Assembly: GCA_963815195.1 (NCBI GenBank)
Contig: CAWFGE010000023.1
Location: 1 to 64,000, forward strand
DNA: 64,000 bases
From: an uncultured Planctomycetaceae bacterium
GTDB taxonomy: Bacteria; Planctomycetota; Planctomycetia; Planctomycetales; Planctomycetaceae
Direction of reading: 5' to 3'
Positions within the stretch are counted from its first letter, which is position 1. Each line of letters starts with the position of its first letter. Shown in pieces: positions 20,595 through 32,128 of this stretch. The translations under genes were made by a program, and so were the position numbers. The notes beneath the pieces are model-generated. The model did no database searches, was not told the DNA's origin, and worked only from the letters and a program-made list of their open reading frames with translations.

Positions 20595-20711
20595 GCCTAC
20601 CGCTCAGATTTCTGAAATCTAAGAAACCGGAGGCTAGCGCCTACCGCTCAGATTTCTGAAATCTAAGAAACCGGAGGCTAGCGCCTACCGCTCAGATTTC
20701 TGGAATCTAAG
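20595..20711. repeat. 44-bp tandem repeat (about 2.7 copies) of a REP arm plus a palindromic spacer
   Basis: gcctaccgctcagatttctgaaatctaagaaaccggaggctagc at 20595 and 20639; partial copy at 20683. Confidence 0.9.
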
Positions 20712-22278
20712 GATTCAGCTTCAGCACGAAACTCTGCTGAAGCTCGAACGTTTCCGGATTCCAAATCCGCACTTCGCCGACGCCGCTGCTGGTCGCGAGG
20801 AAACTGCCCGTCGGCGAGTACACGACCTGCCGGATTTCGCCTTTGTGCCCGGTGAGCTTGGCGATCGGTTTCGGCGACTTGATGTCCTCCCGCAACTGCT
20901 TGATGCGGCTGAGGAGGCCTCCCTGAGCTGTCCGGGCGGCTTCCTTCAAAACCGCATCCGCGGGAAGGCCGATCTTGCGGAGTTTCTCCGCGGCCTCGGT
21001 TTGCGCCTTCTCATCGGTCTCCGCCAATTGCTCGGCGAGTTTGCGGTAGGCTGCCTGCTCCTTTTCGGTCGGTTCGGACAGGTCCAAGCGAAAAATGCGA
21101 ACTTCTTCCAGCGTGGAAGCCGCGATGTGCTTGCCATCCGGATGCACGGCGACATCCCGGCCGACTGCGTCCAGTTCGGCCCGGATTTCATACGTGTCCC
21201 GCGACCGCAGGATGACCGCCTGGCTCATGATGCCGTTGCTCACAATGTGCCGTTCATCGGGGGTGAATTTCACGCCTTGCGACGATTTCTCGATGTCGGA
21301 AAAGGCCTGGTCCATGCCGCCCGTGGTGAGGTTCCACAGCCGGGTCGTGCCGTTCCATCCGCCGGAGAGCAATGTCTGGCCGTCGCGCGAGACGGCCACG
21401 TCCCAAAGGTTGCGGTCGTCGTGGCCGCCGAGTTTGGGGTTGGAAATCCCGTCGGCCGCCCAGGTGTCGAGCGATGTTCGCAGCGTGCCGCAATCCGCGC
21501 AGAAGCGTTTGATAAATCCATTCGCGCAGGCGGCGATGACGTCGCGATTGTCGGGAGTCCAAGTGATTCCAAACACCGCCCACTTCCCGGTGTGCCAGCG
21601 GTTTTCGATCTCCCCGGTCTTCACGTCGAGAATCGCCACCTCGCCGACCTGGTTGCCGATGGCGAGCTTTTCGCCATTGGGAGAAACCGCCACGCAGGTT
21701 GCGGCCCGCTGCTCGGTGTGGGACAAGGCGACCCTTGCATCTTTGATATTGAGCAGCACGACCACGCCTCGACCGTTTCGCCGGCCGCCCGCAATCGCGA
21801 GCCGGTTTCCATCGGGCGAGCCGTCCAAACACCAGGCGGGGACCGCGGGTGTGGCCTCGGGTTTGGGCCGCTTGAAGGTGAGAAAATCCGCCCCGTCCGT
21901 GCCGCGGAATTTGCCGGGCCGAGTTTGGCCAAGACACAACTCCAGGGCATCATTTTGGAAACGGTAGATCCCCAGCTTGGAGGTCGCCGGCGTGGGGTGC
22001 TCGCTCGCGGCAAAATCGATTTCGGGAATGTTCTTTTTGGGATGGAGTGCAAACCGGTGCGAGCCGACGCGTTTGTTTCCTTGATAAATCGTGACCAGAT
22101 TCTGCTCGAAGACGAAGCGGGAGTCGTTGAGTGCCGCGCCGGAATCGACCTTTCCGTTCGCCTCGAGCGAGACCGCGTGCCAAACGCCCTGGAGCTTTTC
22201 GAGATCGGTCGGCTTCGCGGCTTGCGAAAATCCCACGCTCAAGAACGCCCCACAAAACGCCAAGACGCGAATGCTCAT
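20707..22278 (-). CDS. Exported TIGR03067-domain + WD40-repeat protein
   Basis: DLEKLQGVW...LGIYRFQNDALELC; WD repeats such as LLSGGWNGTTRLWN and GHKGEIRQVVYSP. Confidence 0.85.
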   Translation of the reverse strand: MSIRVLAFCGAFLSVGFSQAAKPTDLEKLQGVWHAVSLEANGKVDSGAALNDSRFVFEQNLVTIYQGNKRVGSHRFALHPKKNIPEIDFAASEHPTPATSKLGIYRFQNDALELCLGQTRPGKFRGTDGADFLTFKRPKPEATPAVPAWCLDGSPDGNRLAIAGGRRNGRGVVVLLNIKDARVALSHTEQRAATCVAVSPNGEKLAIGNQVGEVAILDVKTGEIENRWHTGKWAVFGITWTPDNRDVIAACANGFIKRFCADCGTLRTSLDTWAADGISNPKLGGHDDRNLWDVAVSRDGQTLLSGGWNGTTRLWNLTTGGMDQAFSDIEKSSQGVKFTPDERHIVSNGIMSQAVILRSRDTYEIRAELDAVGRDVAVHPDGKHIAASTLEEVRIFRLDLSEPTEKEQAAYRKLAEQLAETDEKAQTEAAEKLRKIGLPADAVLKEAARTAQGGLLSRIKQLREDIKSPKPIAKLTGHKGEIRQVVYSPTGSFLATSSGVGEVRIWNPETFELQQSFVLKLNP

Positions 22279-22371
22279 CGTGCTTCTCCAGGCAAGAGAC
22301 ATCGAGATGTGATTCTCCGGGATGTGCCTTGCCAGCATAGCAAACGATTCGCCGCGACGCACCCTTTCGCT

Positions 22372-23268
22372 TCACACCGCTTTCTTTTTCGCTCGGCCGG
22401 TGGAGCGGCCGCCGCGGGTTCTCTGGGGGCTGCCGGGTTCTTTGGCGAGGGCTTCCATCGAAATCAAATGCACCACGTCCTGGGCCAGGAGATCCATTTC
22501 CATCACGAGGCTGTCCACGCGGCCGGCGAGATACATGTAGAGAATCAGAGCCGGGATCGCGATCATCAAACCGAGAGCCGTCGTCAACAGGGCCATCGCG
22601 ATGCCCACCGCGAGTTTGTCGGCTTTGCCCATGGCATCGGCCGCCGCGATTTCGTTGAAGGCCATGATCATCCCGATCACCGTGCCCAACAATCCCACCA
22701 GCGGCGTCACCGTGGAGACGCCGTTTAAGATGCGGAGGTGTTTTCGGAGTTGGCTCACCTGGCGTTCGCCGCCGTCGATGATCGCCTGCTCGACTTCCAC
22801 GCTGGGTTTGCCCCACTTGCGGACGCCGTGGGCGAACACCGACGCGACCGGGCTGCCGTTTTCCTCGCAGAGTTCGAGGGCGCTGTCCTGGTCGAGCTTT
22901 CCTTGTTCGAGATGCTGCAGGAAGCGGTCCACAAAGGCCCGGGGAATCACCCGGCCCCGCCGCAGCACGACCAGGCGTTCGATGCCGAACCAGATCGCAA
23001 TGAACGAGGCGAACAAGAACGGGGCCAGAAAATACCAGCCGACGGCGTCGACCAACTCCTCGGGGGTGTAGGGAATCGCCATCCGCTGATTCGCGGGCGC
23101 TTCGGCGGCTTCATTGGCGGCGGGTTGGCTCTTGGCCGCGGGTTCCGCGTTTCCCGGTTCTTGGGCCAGCGCGAGCGAACCGAAACCGAGGAGAGCACAA
23201 AACACAACGGCGAAAAGCAACCAGCCCCGCCAAAACGCGCCGGCTTGCCGAGCGAACGAAACTTTCAT
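22372..23268 (-). CDS. MotA/TolQ/ExbB proton-channel family protein
   Basis: [32 protein letters not shown]; signal peptide. Confidence 0.92.
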   Translation of the reverse strand: MKVSFARQAGAFWRGWLLFAVVFCALLGFGSLALAQEPGNAEPAAKSQPAANEAAEAPANQRMAIPYTPEELVDAVGWYFLAPFLFASFIAIWFGIERLVVLRRGRVIPRAFVDRFLQHLEQGKLDQDSALELCEENGSPVASVFAHGVRKWGKPSVEVEQAIIDGGERQVSQLRKHLRILNGVSTVTPLVGLLGTVIGMIMAFNEIAAADAMGKADKLAVGIAMALLTTALGLMIAIPALILYMYLAGRVDSLVMEMDLLAQDVVHLISMEALAKEPGSPQRTRGGRSTGRAKKKAV

Positions 23269-23418
23269 GACCGGGATCTTCAATCCGTGAACGATGAGGG
23301 GAGGCAATTCACGACGGCCTGTTATCATAGATGTTCCGAAGGATCAGATGAACCCCAACACCGTAGCCCAGCGGCATTTCAGGGCATAATCGAAGCATGT
23401 TCACAAGTTGAATTTAAG

Positions 23419-24273
23419 TTACGACTCCACCGTGGCAGTTTCCTCGGCCGGGTCTTCTTTCGGGCGGTCCCAGTCGCCCCAGTGGGTCAAGTAGTGGTCG
23501 TACGCCGGGTTGGTTTTGCGTTCCGACTCCAGCCAGGCTTTGGTTTCCCGGACGATGACCTGCTCGTCCTCCAACGGAAGTTGCCCCAACAGCACGCGGG
23601 TGCGGAGGAACACAAAGTACGTGTCCAACACGTCGCAGCGGCAGTAATCGTTGATGGCCTCCTTGTGGCCGGCGTCGTACATGTCCTGGATCTTCGAGCC
23701 GTCGATCCCCGTCTTCCCCGGCTTGCCGATGATGTTTGCGAGCAAATTCAAGCCCCCCGTGATGCGGTAGGCGCTGAAGTTGGAGAACAAATCCATCATG
23801 TCCAAATGCGAATCTGTGTTGTAGCGGTTTCGCGATTGCTCGTACGTGCGGGCGTTGATGTTGAACCAGTCCGGCAGGCTGATCCCATACCGGTATGCCG
23901 CCAGTTCGAGCACCGGCAAATCGTAGCCCCGGCCGTTGAACGTCACGAGCGGCGGGCGTTTGTAATGCCGCCAGCCTTGCCAGAACTTCTTGGTGATTTC
24001 GTAAGGCCGATACAGCGGGGCATCGAGCGTGGCTACGTCGATCACGTGGAACGACGGGTCCACCTTGGCGACCGCGACGGAGGTGGGCAGCATGAACGTC
24101 GGCGGGATCACATCGTTGCCGTATTTCTCCAACAGATCCGCCCGATACCTTCGGATCGCCTCTTCGGGCGTGAGGTTCAAATCCGGAAACCGCACATTCT
24201 TCACGAGTTGGCCGTCGGCGACGGCTTCCACATCAAAGATCAAATACGCCACGTGTTGTCGGGACTCGTCCAC
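23419..24273 (-). CDS. PolB-related 3'-5' exonuclease (DNA_pol_B_exo2-like)
   Basis: [29 protein letters not shown] (DEDDy). Confidence 0.88.
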   Translation of the reverse strand: MDESRQHVAYLIFDVEAVADGQLVKNVRFPDLNLTPEEAIRRYRADLLEKYGNDVIPPTFMLPTSVAVAKVDPSFHVIDVATLDAPLYRPYEITKKFWQGWRHYKRPPLVTFNGRGYDLPVLELAAYRYGISLPDWFNINARTYEQSRNRYNTDSHLDMMDLFSNFSAYRITGGLNLLANIIGKPGKTGIDGSKIQDMYDAGHKEAINDYCRCDVLDTYFVFLRTRVLLGQLPLEDEQVIVRETKAWLESERKTNPAYDHYLTHWGDWDRPKEDPAEETATVES

Positions 24274-24635
24274 GGCTCCGGCTCCTTTCTTATCGAAGAC
24301 TTTCCGCTCGGGGCAAGCGGGCGTTACCGTCGATGGTATCAAAGCCCGATCGGAAATGACACGATTGAGTCGAGAGCCGCACACGACAAGGCGGTAATTT
24401 TCTTCATAGGAGGATTTTTAACGGGTGGCGTCCCGCGTTTTTCGGCGGGGCGGAGTTGGCGCCGGCGATTTGAGGGCATTCCCCGCTTTACGCCGCTTGG
24501 AAATGGGGGCCTTGGGAGCTTTGCGAAAAAACGGCAAACCGGTCCGGATTGACCTGTCTTTTCATACTGGGTATCATCTTTGCCCTTTCTTTCGTCGAAT
24601 GGATTCTCCCCGCAAGTTCGTCAAGGATGACGGTC

Positions 24636-25679
24636 ATGAGTTCGATCCCTGTGGCCTGGGCCGCGTCCCTCACTCCGCTCGAGCAACTCCGAGAGGCCCG
24701 CTGTGTTTTGCGGGACGAAGCCGACGCGCTTTCGGCTCTGTCCAAGCGTCTCGACGCCGAGTTCTGCACGGCCCTTCAGACGATTTGCGAACGCAAAGGC
24801 TGCGTGATTGTCACGGGCGTGGGCAAGGCGGGCTTGATCGGCCAAAAGATCGCGGCGACCTTGTCCTCCACCGGCACGCGGGCGTATTTTCTGCATCCGG
24901 TGGAAGCCATGCACGGCGATTTGGGCTGCTTGCATGCCGACGATGTCGTGCTGGCGCTTTCCAACAGCGGCGAGACGGAAGAGATTTCCCGCCTGATTCC
25001 GATGGTGAAACAACTGCGGGTGCCCATCATCGCGATCACGGCCACGGACACGAGCACGCTGGGTTCGCAGGCGGACGTGACGATTCGCTTGGGCAAGATT
25101 CATGAAGCCGGCCCCCACGGCCTGGCCCCCTCGACGAGCACCACGGCCATGCTGGCGATGGGCGATGCTCTGGCCTTGGTGCTTTGCCAGATGAAAGGCT
25201 TTACCCCACAACAGTTTGCGGTCTTCCATCCGGGCGGAAGCCTGGGCCGGCGGTTGGCGCGGGTGAATGAAATCATGCGGCGGGGCGAGGAAGTTCGAAT
25301 CGCTCCCGCGTCCGCGACGGTGCGGGACGTGTTCATCACGCTCGCCAAACCCGGCCGACGGACCGGGGCGGTGATGCTCGTGGACGCGGGCGGCAAGCTG
25401 GCGGGACTGTGCACCGACAGCGACCTGGCCCGCTTCCTGCAATCGCACCACGAATTCCCCTTGGATTGCCCAATTTCCGAAGTGATGACCAAAAACCCGC
25501 TGACCACCACCGCCTCGGCCCGGCTGATCGATGTTGTGGACACGCTTTCCGTGCACAAGATCAGCGAGTTGCCGGTCGTGGATGATGCGGGTTGCCCAAT
25601 CGGTCTCATCGACATTACCGATGTCATCGGCCTGATGCCCCCGGACGATGCCGCCGACATCATCCAAAACGCGGGCTGA
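24636..25679 (+). CDS. kdsD: Arabinose-5-phosphate isomerase, KpsF/GutQ family (SIS + CBS)
   Basis: GVGKAGLIGQKIAATLSSTGT, EAMHGDLG, SNSGETEE, APSTSTT, HPGGSLG. Confidence 0.92.
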   Translation: MSSIPVAWAASLTPLEQLREARCVLRDEADALSALSKRLDAEFCTALQTICERKGCVIVTGVGKAGLIGQKIAATLSSTGTRAYFLHPVEAMHGDLGCLHADDVVLALSNSGETEEISRLIPMVKQLRVPIIAITATDTSTLGSQADVTIRLGKIHEAGPHGLAPSTSTTAMLAMGDALALVLCQMKGFTPQQFAVFHPGGSLGRRLARVNEIMRRGEEVRIAPASATVRDVFITLAKPGRRTGAVMLVDAGGKLAGLCTDSDLARFLQSHHEFPLDCPISEVMTKNPLTTTASARLIDVVDTLSVHKISELPVVDDAGCPIGLIDITDVIGLMPPDDAADIIQNAG

Positions 25680-25747
25680 CTGACCGGAAATTCCGATACG
25701 AAGGAAAGAACACCCCCAAGACTGCTTCCGCCTGAAGAGGTCGTCCC

Positions 25748-28700
25748 GTGTCTGAGGACAAAACCAATTTCATTCCCTCGCGTTTTGGATGCTGGTTCAA
25801 GCGCGTGGGGATAACGTTCACGGCAGGGGCGCTTCTGACGGGGTTTTACAGCATTTACGCGATGGTGCTGCGCCCCGTGGTCGAAACGCCGGGCCTGGCT
25901 CCCGTGGCGGCCAGCGAGACGGTCCCCGCTCCGCCGCCGCCCCGCCAAGGCGTGGAGATGGCGGAACGCTACTTGGCCTCCCAACGATGGGCCGCCAAAG
26001 CGAAATATGTGATCCGCACGGAAGAGGCGTTCGTGTATTTTGAGGAATGGGAGGATTTGGAAAATAGCGAAGCCGCGCGTTTTACGCCGTTCGCGATGAT
26101 CTACACCACCAAAAACCGGGAGCCGGACGAGGAACCAATCACGGTGATCAGCGATTCGGCTTACGTGCGGTTTGCCCGAAAATTCAGCATCACCACGCCC
26201 GACCCCGGCCGGGTGGTCGGCGGGAAGCTCGAAGGCAACGTGCAAATTCGCGGCAACAACAATCTGCAGGTGCTCGGCCGCAATTTTGTATTCAACGAGC
26301 AAGCCATGCGCATCTGGTGCGACAATCACGTGGATTTTGTCTACGGGCCGCACAAGGGCAACGGCCACGGTTTGCAAATCGAACTGATTCCCGATCCCGT
26401 GGCCCGCGCAAGAAAAGCTCGCCGTCAAAGGTTTTAAGACGGTCCGTTTGCGGCGGAACGTTTCGATGGATTTGGAGTTCCGGAATGGCAAGGCCGGGAA
26501 CGCAATGGCCCCGGACCAGAACGAGAAAAATCCCGAAGCGCCGCCGTTCGCCCAGGCCGCTCCGGCCCAGGACGAATCCAAGAAGCCCACGATCGTCAAA
26601 GTCCGCAGCGCGGGCCGTTTTGAATTCGTCGTCGCCACGAACGTCGCCACGTTTGAAGATGAAGTCCGGGTCTATCAACCGACGGAGCCCGGCAAATACA
26701 ACTCGCTGCAGTCCGACTTGATGACCCTGTATTTCGAGCCAAAAAAGAAAGTGCCCAATGCTTCGGGCGATCCGCCCCCAGAGGCGAAACCCGAAGCCGC
26801 GCCGCCGCAGAAGGACCGGTTCCAGTCGGTGGATTCCAACTTGACGTTTCGGCGTCTGGTGGCGGTGGGCGAGAACGTCATCCTCCGGTCGGAAACGAAC
26901 GACCTGATCGCGATGATGCACCAACTCGATTACGACGCCCTCAAACGCGCGGCCGAGATGACCAGCCGAGCGACCGTCCGCGTGCTCCAAAAGCAAAGCG
27001 AAATGCACTCGCCCAACATTCAGTTGTGGCATCAAGAAGGCGGGCGGGTGACCCATCTGAACGCGGCTCGGTCCCGGCTGGCTCAAGAGCCTGGACAAGA
27101 CGACCGGCAAGCTGTCTTTCGCCGCCCAGTGGAAAAAATTACTGAGAAAGGAGCCCGACCCGCGGTCGGGAGAGGACACCATCACCTTGGAGTCGGAAGC
27201 CTTGGTCCACCAACCCCAAGACGGGATCGGGCTGGCAGCGGAGAAGATCAAAATCTGGCTGAAACCGGAGGAAGAATCGCAAGCGTCGGCCCCGGCGAAG
27301 ACGCCCGGGAATTCGGCGGACGAACAAACCGACCGCTCCAATCGCATGCAGCCCACAAGACTGGTGGCTGAGACGAACGTGGCCATGGCCAGCCCCGACA
27401 TGCAGGGGCAGACGAACCGGCTGGAAGTGTGGTTCGAACCGGCACCGGCCGCGAATCCGGTCCCCGAGACCGCGCAGAGTCTCCAAGACAAACGGTCGCG
27501 CGACAATCTGCAACCGGCCATCCGCCAGGTTCCCAAAGCCCCAGGTCCGTCCCCCCGTCCGCAATCCCCGAATGTGCTCGCAGTCTCGCAGGAACGTCCC
27601 CTCGACAACATCCCCTTGGCCCCGCCCGCCAGCGACGATTCGCGGTCTGTGACCGACAAAACCAACACGAACGAAACCCGCCCGGCGCCCGGATCTCCGG
27701 AATCCCAAAAACCCAAAGACGGCCCGATCGAAGTTCGGCACGCAGACTTGATCCGCGTCAAAGTGCTGACTCGACCCGGAGACCAAAAGTCGCAGATTTC
27801 GGAAGTTTGGACGGAAGGACACGTCCACATTGTCCAGCAGCACGCCCCCGAAGAACTGCCCTTGGAGATGACGGGCGAGCGGTTAAACCTGCAAAACGGG
27901 GCCGACGAAAAGACCGACCAGGTCCTCAGGCTCTGGGGCAGCCCCGCGCACGTGCGGGACCGCGGAACGCACATCGAGGGCCGGGACATTTTTCTGGATC
28001 GGCAGAAGAATTTTTCCCAGGTCACCGGAGCGGGGTTATTGCAGCTGCCCGTCAAACGTTCGCTCGATGGCGAGGAACTCAAGGAAGCCAAGCCGCTGGA
28101 CATCTGGTGGGAAGAGCAGATGACGTTCGACGGGCTGGATGCGAATTTCTTCGGCAACGTGCGGGCGGTCCTCAACAACGAGGGCCAGCGGAGCAACGTG
28201 CGCTGCGAAGAAATGAACGTGGTCATGAACCGCCGGGTTTCCTTCATCCAAAGCCGCGATTCGCAGCAAAAGGACGAGGCCAAGGTCGAGATCGAGCGCG
28301 TGTTCTGCAAAGACGGCGTGGAGTTCGACAGCTACAAATACGAAGAGAACAAGCTCACGGAAGTCCGCCGCGGACGCTTTGCCGAGTTGGAGATCAACCA
28401 GACCACAGGAGCGACCTCCGCCCAGGGTCCGGGGGTGATCAAGCTCTGGCAGCGCGGCCGCGGCAAACGGGCCGGCATGACGCCCAACGCGTCGGTCAAA
28501 GCCAACCGCGCCCTCAAGCCGGATGCGGCCGAATGGGAATACATGCGAATCAAGTTTGACGGGACGTCCGACGGCAACCTCAAGCAGAAATTCAACACCT
28601 TCAAGGATGAAGTCAGAATCGTCTATGGTCCGGTGGAACGCGCCCTGGTGGTGATCGAGTCGGACAAAGCGGAAAACCTTCCCAAAGATGCGGGCTGCAT

Positions 28701-29025
28701 GCATTGCCAAAGCCTGCGGATTACGCAACACGAGCCGGCGCAAAAAAATCAGGAAAGCCAAGTCGGCCTGTTGGCGCTGGGCAACGTGCATCTGGAAGGG
28801 CGATCGCTCAACGGCCTCTTCTACGGCCGCGCGGATTCCGTCTCCTTTGATGAATCGAAAGGACTCTACACGCTCCGGTCGCAGGGACAGCAAAAGGCGG
28901 CCATCTGGCGGCAAACGCAGATCGGCGGGGACTACAGCCGGGCGGACGCTCAAATGATGTATTTCATTCCCGCCCGCAATTTCCTTCAACTCGATCAGGC
29001 CACCGGGATCGACGGCGTGAATTGA
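25748..29025 (+). CDS. Large (~1090 aa) membrane-anchored LptA/OstA-like beta-jellyroll protein (frameshifts near 26405 and 27070)
   Basis: N-terminal TM; recurring beta-strand motifs (GNVQIRG, FEDEVRV, AVGENVIL, EGHVHI, FFGNVRA, ALGNVHLEG); directly downstream of kdsD. Confidence 0.6.
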
Positions 29026-29059
29026 TCCAAGACAACTCTCGTTCCGCAGCAGGCAGGGG

Positions 29060-30262
29060 TTAACGGACGTTGTGCAAATCCGCGCACGCCGCTTGATCCA
29101 ACCACTCTTCGGCGGGAGCCGGCCGCCCGTAATAAAAGCCCTGGGCCAGGTCGAATCCCAGTTCCTCGCAAATCTCGGCTTCTTCCGGTTTCTCGACGCC
29201 TTCGGCCAACGTCAGCCCGTTGAGGGCTTTGACGATCTTCAGCAGAGACCGCACCAGCCGCCGACGCTTCGCCGACGCTTCGTGCAAGCCCTGCACGAGT
29301 TCGATGTCGAACTTCACGATGTCGGGGGGCGTCTCCGCCAGGGCGTTCAAGCGGGACTGCCCCCGCCCGAAGTCGTCGTAGGCGAGCTTCATGTCCAACT
29401 CCGCCAGTTTGTTCTTGAGTTCCTCCAGATACTCGATCGACATCGTTCCGCCTTCGTGAACCTCCAACACGATGGACGCCGACGGGTTCTGCCCGCGAAG
29501 TTGTTCCAGCGAGATAAACAACTCGTTCCGCCCCATTTCCGCGGGATGCGTGTTGAGATAGATCGAATGACCCGCAAGGAGCCGTTCCGCTTTCTCAAGG
29601 CTGGCTTGGCGCAGCAGCACGCTCAGTTCCGCTTCCGCTTTGTGCTGCTTGGCAATTTGGAACATTTCATAGGGGGACTCCAAACCGGGAAAGTCGCTCC
29701 GAGCCAGGGCTTCAAAGGCGACGATCCGTTTGTCTTCCAGACGCACGATCGGTTGGAAGTGCGGGTTCAGTCCTTCTCCGTCCCATAAGCTGGCGAACTG
29801 CAAATGGGCCAAGGCGTCCACCTCGGCATCAAACGCCAACGTGGCCCGAGGCATGGACTCCTGGTTGCCTCGCACGTGAAACCGCACCTTGCCGAAGTGG
29901 ATAATATCCCCGTCCGCGAGGGACGCGGAGGATCGCACGCGTTTGCCGTTGAGAAACGTCCCGTTCGTGCTGCCCAAGTCGCGGACCAGCAGTTCCTCGT
30001 TTTCGAGCGTCAATTCGGCATGCTGGCCGGAGACCGTGCGATTGGAGATGGTGAGATTATTGCTCGAATGCCGGCCCACGCGAAAGGGGCTCGAATTGAC
30101 GAAGACGTGGTTCAGTTCGCCGCTGGAAGTCGTTTCCCCTTCCAAGAGCCATTTGGTCGACGGGTTCCGTTCAAATCGCGCTAAAGCCCCCGAAACTCCA
30201 CCGGCCAAACTCTTCAGGGAGCTTTCGCGCCTCTCGTTCGGTAGGGAATCGCTGGACTTCAT
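29060..30262 (-). CDS. FHA + EAL domain c-di-GMP phosphodiesterase
   Basis: FHA: VGRH, VSGQHA, GSTNGTF. EAL: FEALAR, LEVHE, DDFGRG, VKFD, AEGVE, QGFYY. Confidence 0.92.
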   Translation of the reverse strand: MKSSDSLPNERRESSLKSLAGGVSGALARFERNPSTKWLLEGETTSSGELNHVFVNSSPFRVGRHSSNNLTISNRTVSGQHAELTLENEELLVRDLGSTNGTFLNGKRVRSSASLADGDIIHFGKVRFHVRGNQESMPRATLAFDAEVDALAHLQFASLWDGEGLNPHFQPIVRLEDKRIVAFEALARSDFPGLESPYEMFQIAKQHKAEAELSVLLRQASLEKAERLLAGHSIYLNTHPAEMGRNELFISLEQLRGQNPSASIVLEVHEGGTMSIEYLEELKNKLAELDMKLAYDDFGRGQSRLNALAETPPDIVKFDIELVQGLHEASAKRRRLVRSLLKIVKALNGLTLAEGVEKPEEAEICEELGFDLAQGFYYGRPAPAEEWLDQAACADLHNVR

Positions 30263-30595
30263 AAACGCAACTCGTGAAAGGAGCGTCCGCTGAGCCGGAC
30301 TTGTTTCGGAGATTCTCTCATCGATCCTTGAGGGAGATCTTGCTTCAAAAACCTACATTGCAAAATCGAGGATGCGGCCGGTTTTTTTTCAGGATTCGAT
30401 GTTTTTTGAAGCGTTCAGAAAACATCCCACGTCGTAACAATCGAATCCGGGCGATTAGGGGAGCACATCGCATGAACGCCGGCGTAAAACGGCCCTCATC
30501 CGCAAAATTGCCAAGATCCGCATCACCGAAAGAAAGCGGCAGCGCATCTCCGGCCCTGCGCCTTTTAACCGCCGAAGCGAACGGCGGGCGACGTG

Positions 30596-32062
30596 TCAGT
30601 CGGCCTGTGTCATCGTCAAGACCGGATCGCGAACATCCCGCTGCCAGGCGCGGAGCTTCTTCAGCAAGTCCCGGCGGATATTTTGCGCCGCCGGATCGTC
30701 CGCCAGATTGTGCAGCTCCCACGGATCCGCGGAAAGATGAAAAAGCTGAACTCGGCCGGCTTCCGGATATTCGATGAGCTTGTAATCCGCCGAGCGGATC
30801 ATTCGCTGGGAACGGCGAAAATAGCCGAAGACCTCGCCGTAAACCGCCTTTTCGCGGCCTGTCAAAACGGGCACCAAACTTCGCCCCTCGACCGTTTTGG
30901 GAACCGGAATCTCGGCCAGCACGCAGACGGTCGGAAACAGATCCCGCAAATAGCATTGTGCCGCGCACGTCTTCCCCGCGGCGATGCCGGGGCCGTTGAA
31001 GATCAACGGCACATTGATCGTGTGCTCGTATTGATTTTGCTTGCCGCGCAGTCCGTGGCTTCCCACCGCCAGACCGTGATCGCTGGAAAAGATGATCAAC
31101 GTCCGCTCGCGCTGGCCGGTGTCTTCGAGCGCCTGAACAATGCGGCCGACCTGCTTGTCCATGTAACTGATGACCGCGTAATACACCGCCAGCTCGTCCC
31201 GCACCATCTCGGGCGTCCGCGGCCATTCGAACAGCTTTTCGTCCCGCCCCATAAAATTGCCGTGATCGAACGGATGCTCCGGCAAAAGATTCTTCGGCAG
31301 GGGCATGTTTTTCGGGTCGTAGACCTTTTCATAACCCGGGGGCATCAGCAGCGGATCGTGCGGCGACGTGAAACTGACTTGCAAGAAAAACGGTTTCTCC
31401 GGCTTGGACTGAATGAGGTCGATCGCGGCATCGGCGAAGGTGTGGCTGATGTCGGGCATCAAGCCGACGCCCAGTTCGGGCAGCAGCTTGCCGTCGTCCG
31501 TCTGAAACACCCAGCCCCGGTAGCCCGTCACCGTCCGGCCGTTCGAATCCCGCGGATGCTGCGGGTAGTCCGAGTTCCCCCACCATTTCCCGCCCCCGCC
31601 GGAAAACAGGCCCTTCGTCCGCTCGAATCCGCGCTCGGTGGGCCGGCCGTCGTTGTGCCATTTCCCCACGAACCAGGTTCGATAGCCCGCGTCCTGCATG
31701 GTGCGCGGCCAAAGCGCGAGTTCGGGATCGATCTTGCGGCCGAAGTCCAAAACACCGTTGCGGAACCCGCTGCATCCGGTCAGGATCTCGGCCCGGCTTG
31801 GCGTGCAAATCGGATTGGCACAAATCGCCCGCGTAAACGCCGTGCCCCCTTGCACCAGCCGATCCAAATGGGGCGTGTGGATGAGCGGATTTCCGAGCGC
31901 CCGGATGCAGTCGGGCCGCTGGTCGTCCGCGAGCAAAAACACGACATTGAGCGGCTTCTCCGCCGCCGCCGCGAAGAGAGTCGGAAATGCGAAAAAGAGA
32001 ACAGCCAACAACCCCGCCCGCAAAATCCGCTTGCCCGCCCACTGGCATTTCAAATCGCGCAT
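30596..32062 (-). CDS. Sulfatase (Cys-type)
   Basis: LADDQ, CTPSRAEILTG, GKWH, SDHG; signal peptide. Confidence 0.93.
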   Translation of the reverse strand: MRDLKCQWAGKRILRAGLLAVLFFAFPTLFAAAAEKPLNVVFLLADDQRPDCIRALGNPLIHTPHLDRLVQGGTAFTRAICANPICTPSRAEILTGCSGFRNGVLDFGRKIDPELALWPRTMQDAGYRTWFVGKWHNDGRPTERGFERTKGLFSGGGGKWWGNSDYPQHPRDSNGRTVTGYRGWVFQTDDGKLLPELGVGLMPDISHTFADAAIDLIQSKPEKPFFLQVSFTSPHDPLLMPPGYEKVYDPKNMPLPKNLLPEHPFDHGNFMGRDEKLFEWPRTPEMVRDELAVYYAVISYMDKQVGRIVQALEDTGQRERTLIIFSSDHGLAVGSHGLRGKQNQYEHTINVPLIFNGPGIAAGKTCAAQCYLRDLFPTVCVLAEIPVPKTVEGRSLVPVLTGREKAVYGEVFGYFRRSQRMIRSADYKLIEYPEAGRVQLFHLSADPWELHNLADDPAAQNIRRDLLKKLRAWQRDVRDPVLTMTQAD

Positions 32063-32128
32063 CGGGCCGAACCCCTCGCCAGAAAAAGTTTCGCTTCGTC
32101 TTTAGCAACCTCGCGGCTCGCGGCGGAC

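Noticed and set aside
20595..20711. Possible mini CRISPR array
   Set aside because: The units are identical end to end with no unique spacers, and there are no cas genes; it is a REP-derived tandem repeat.
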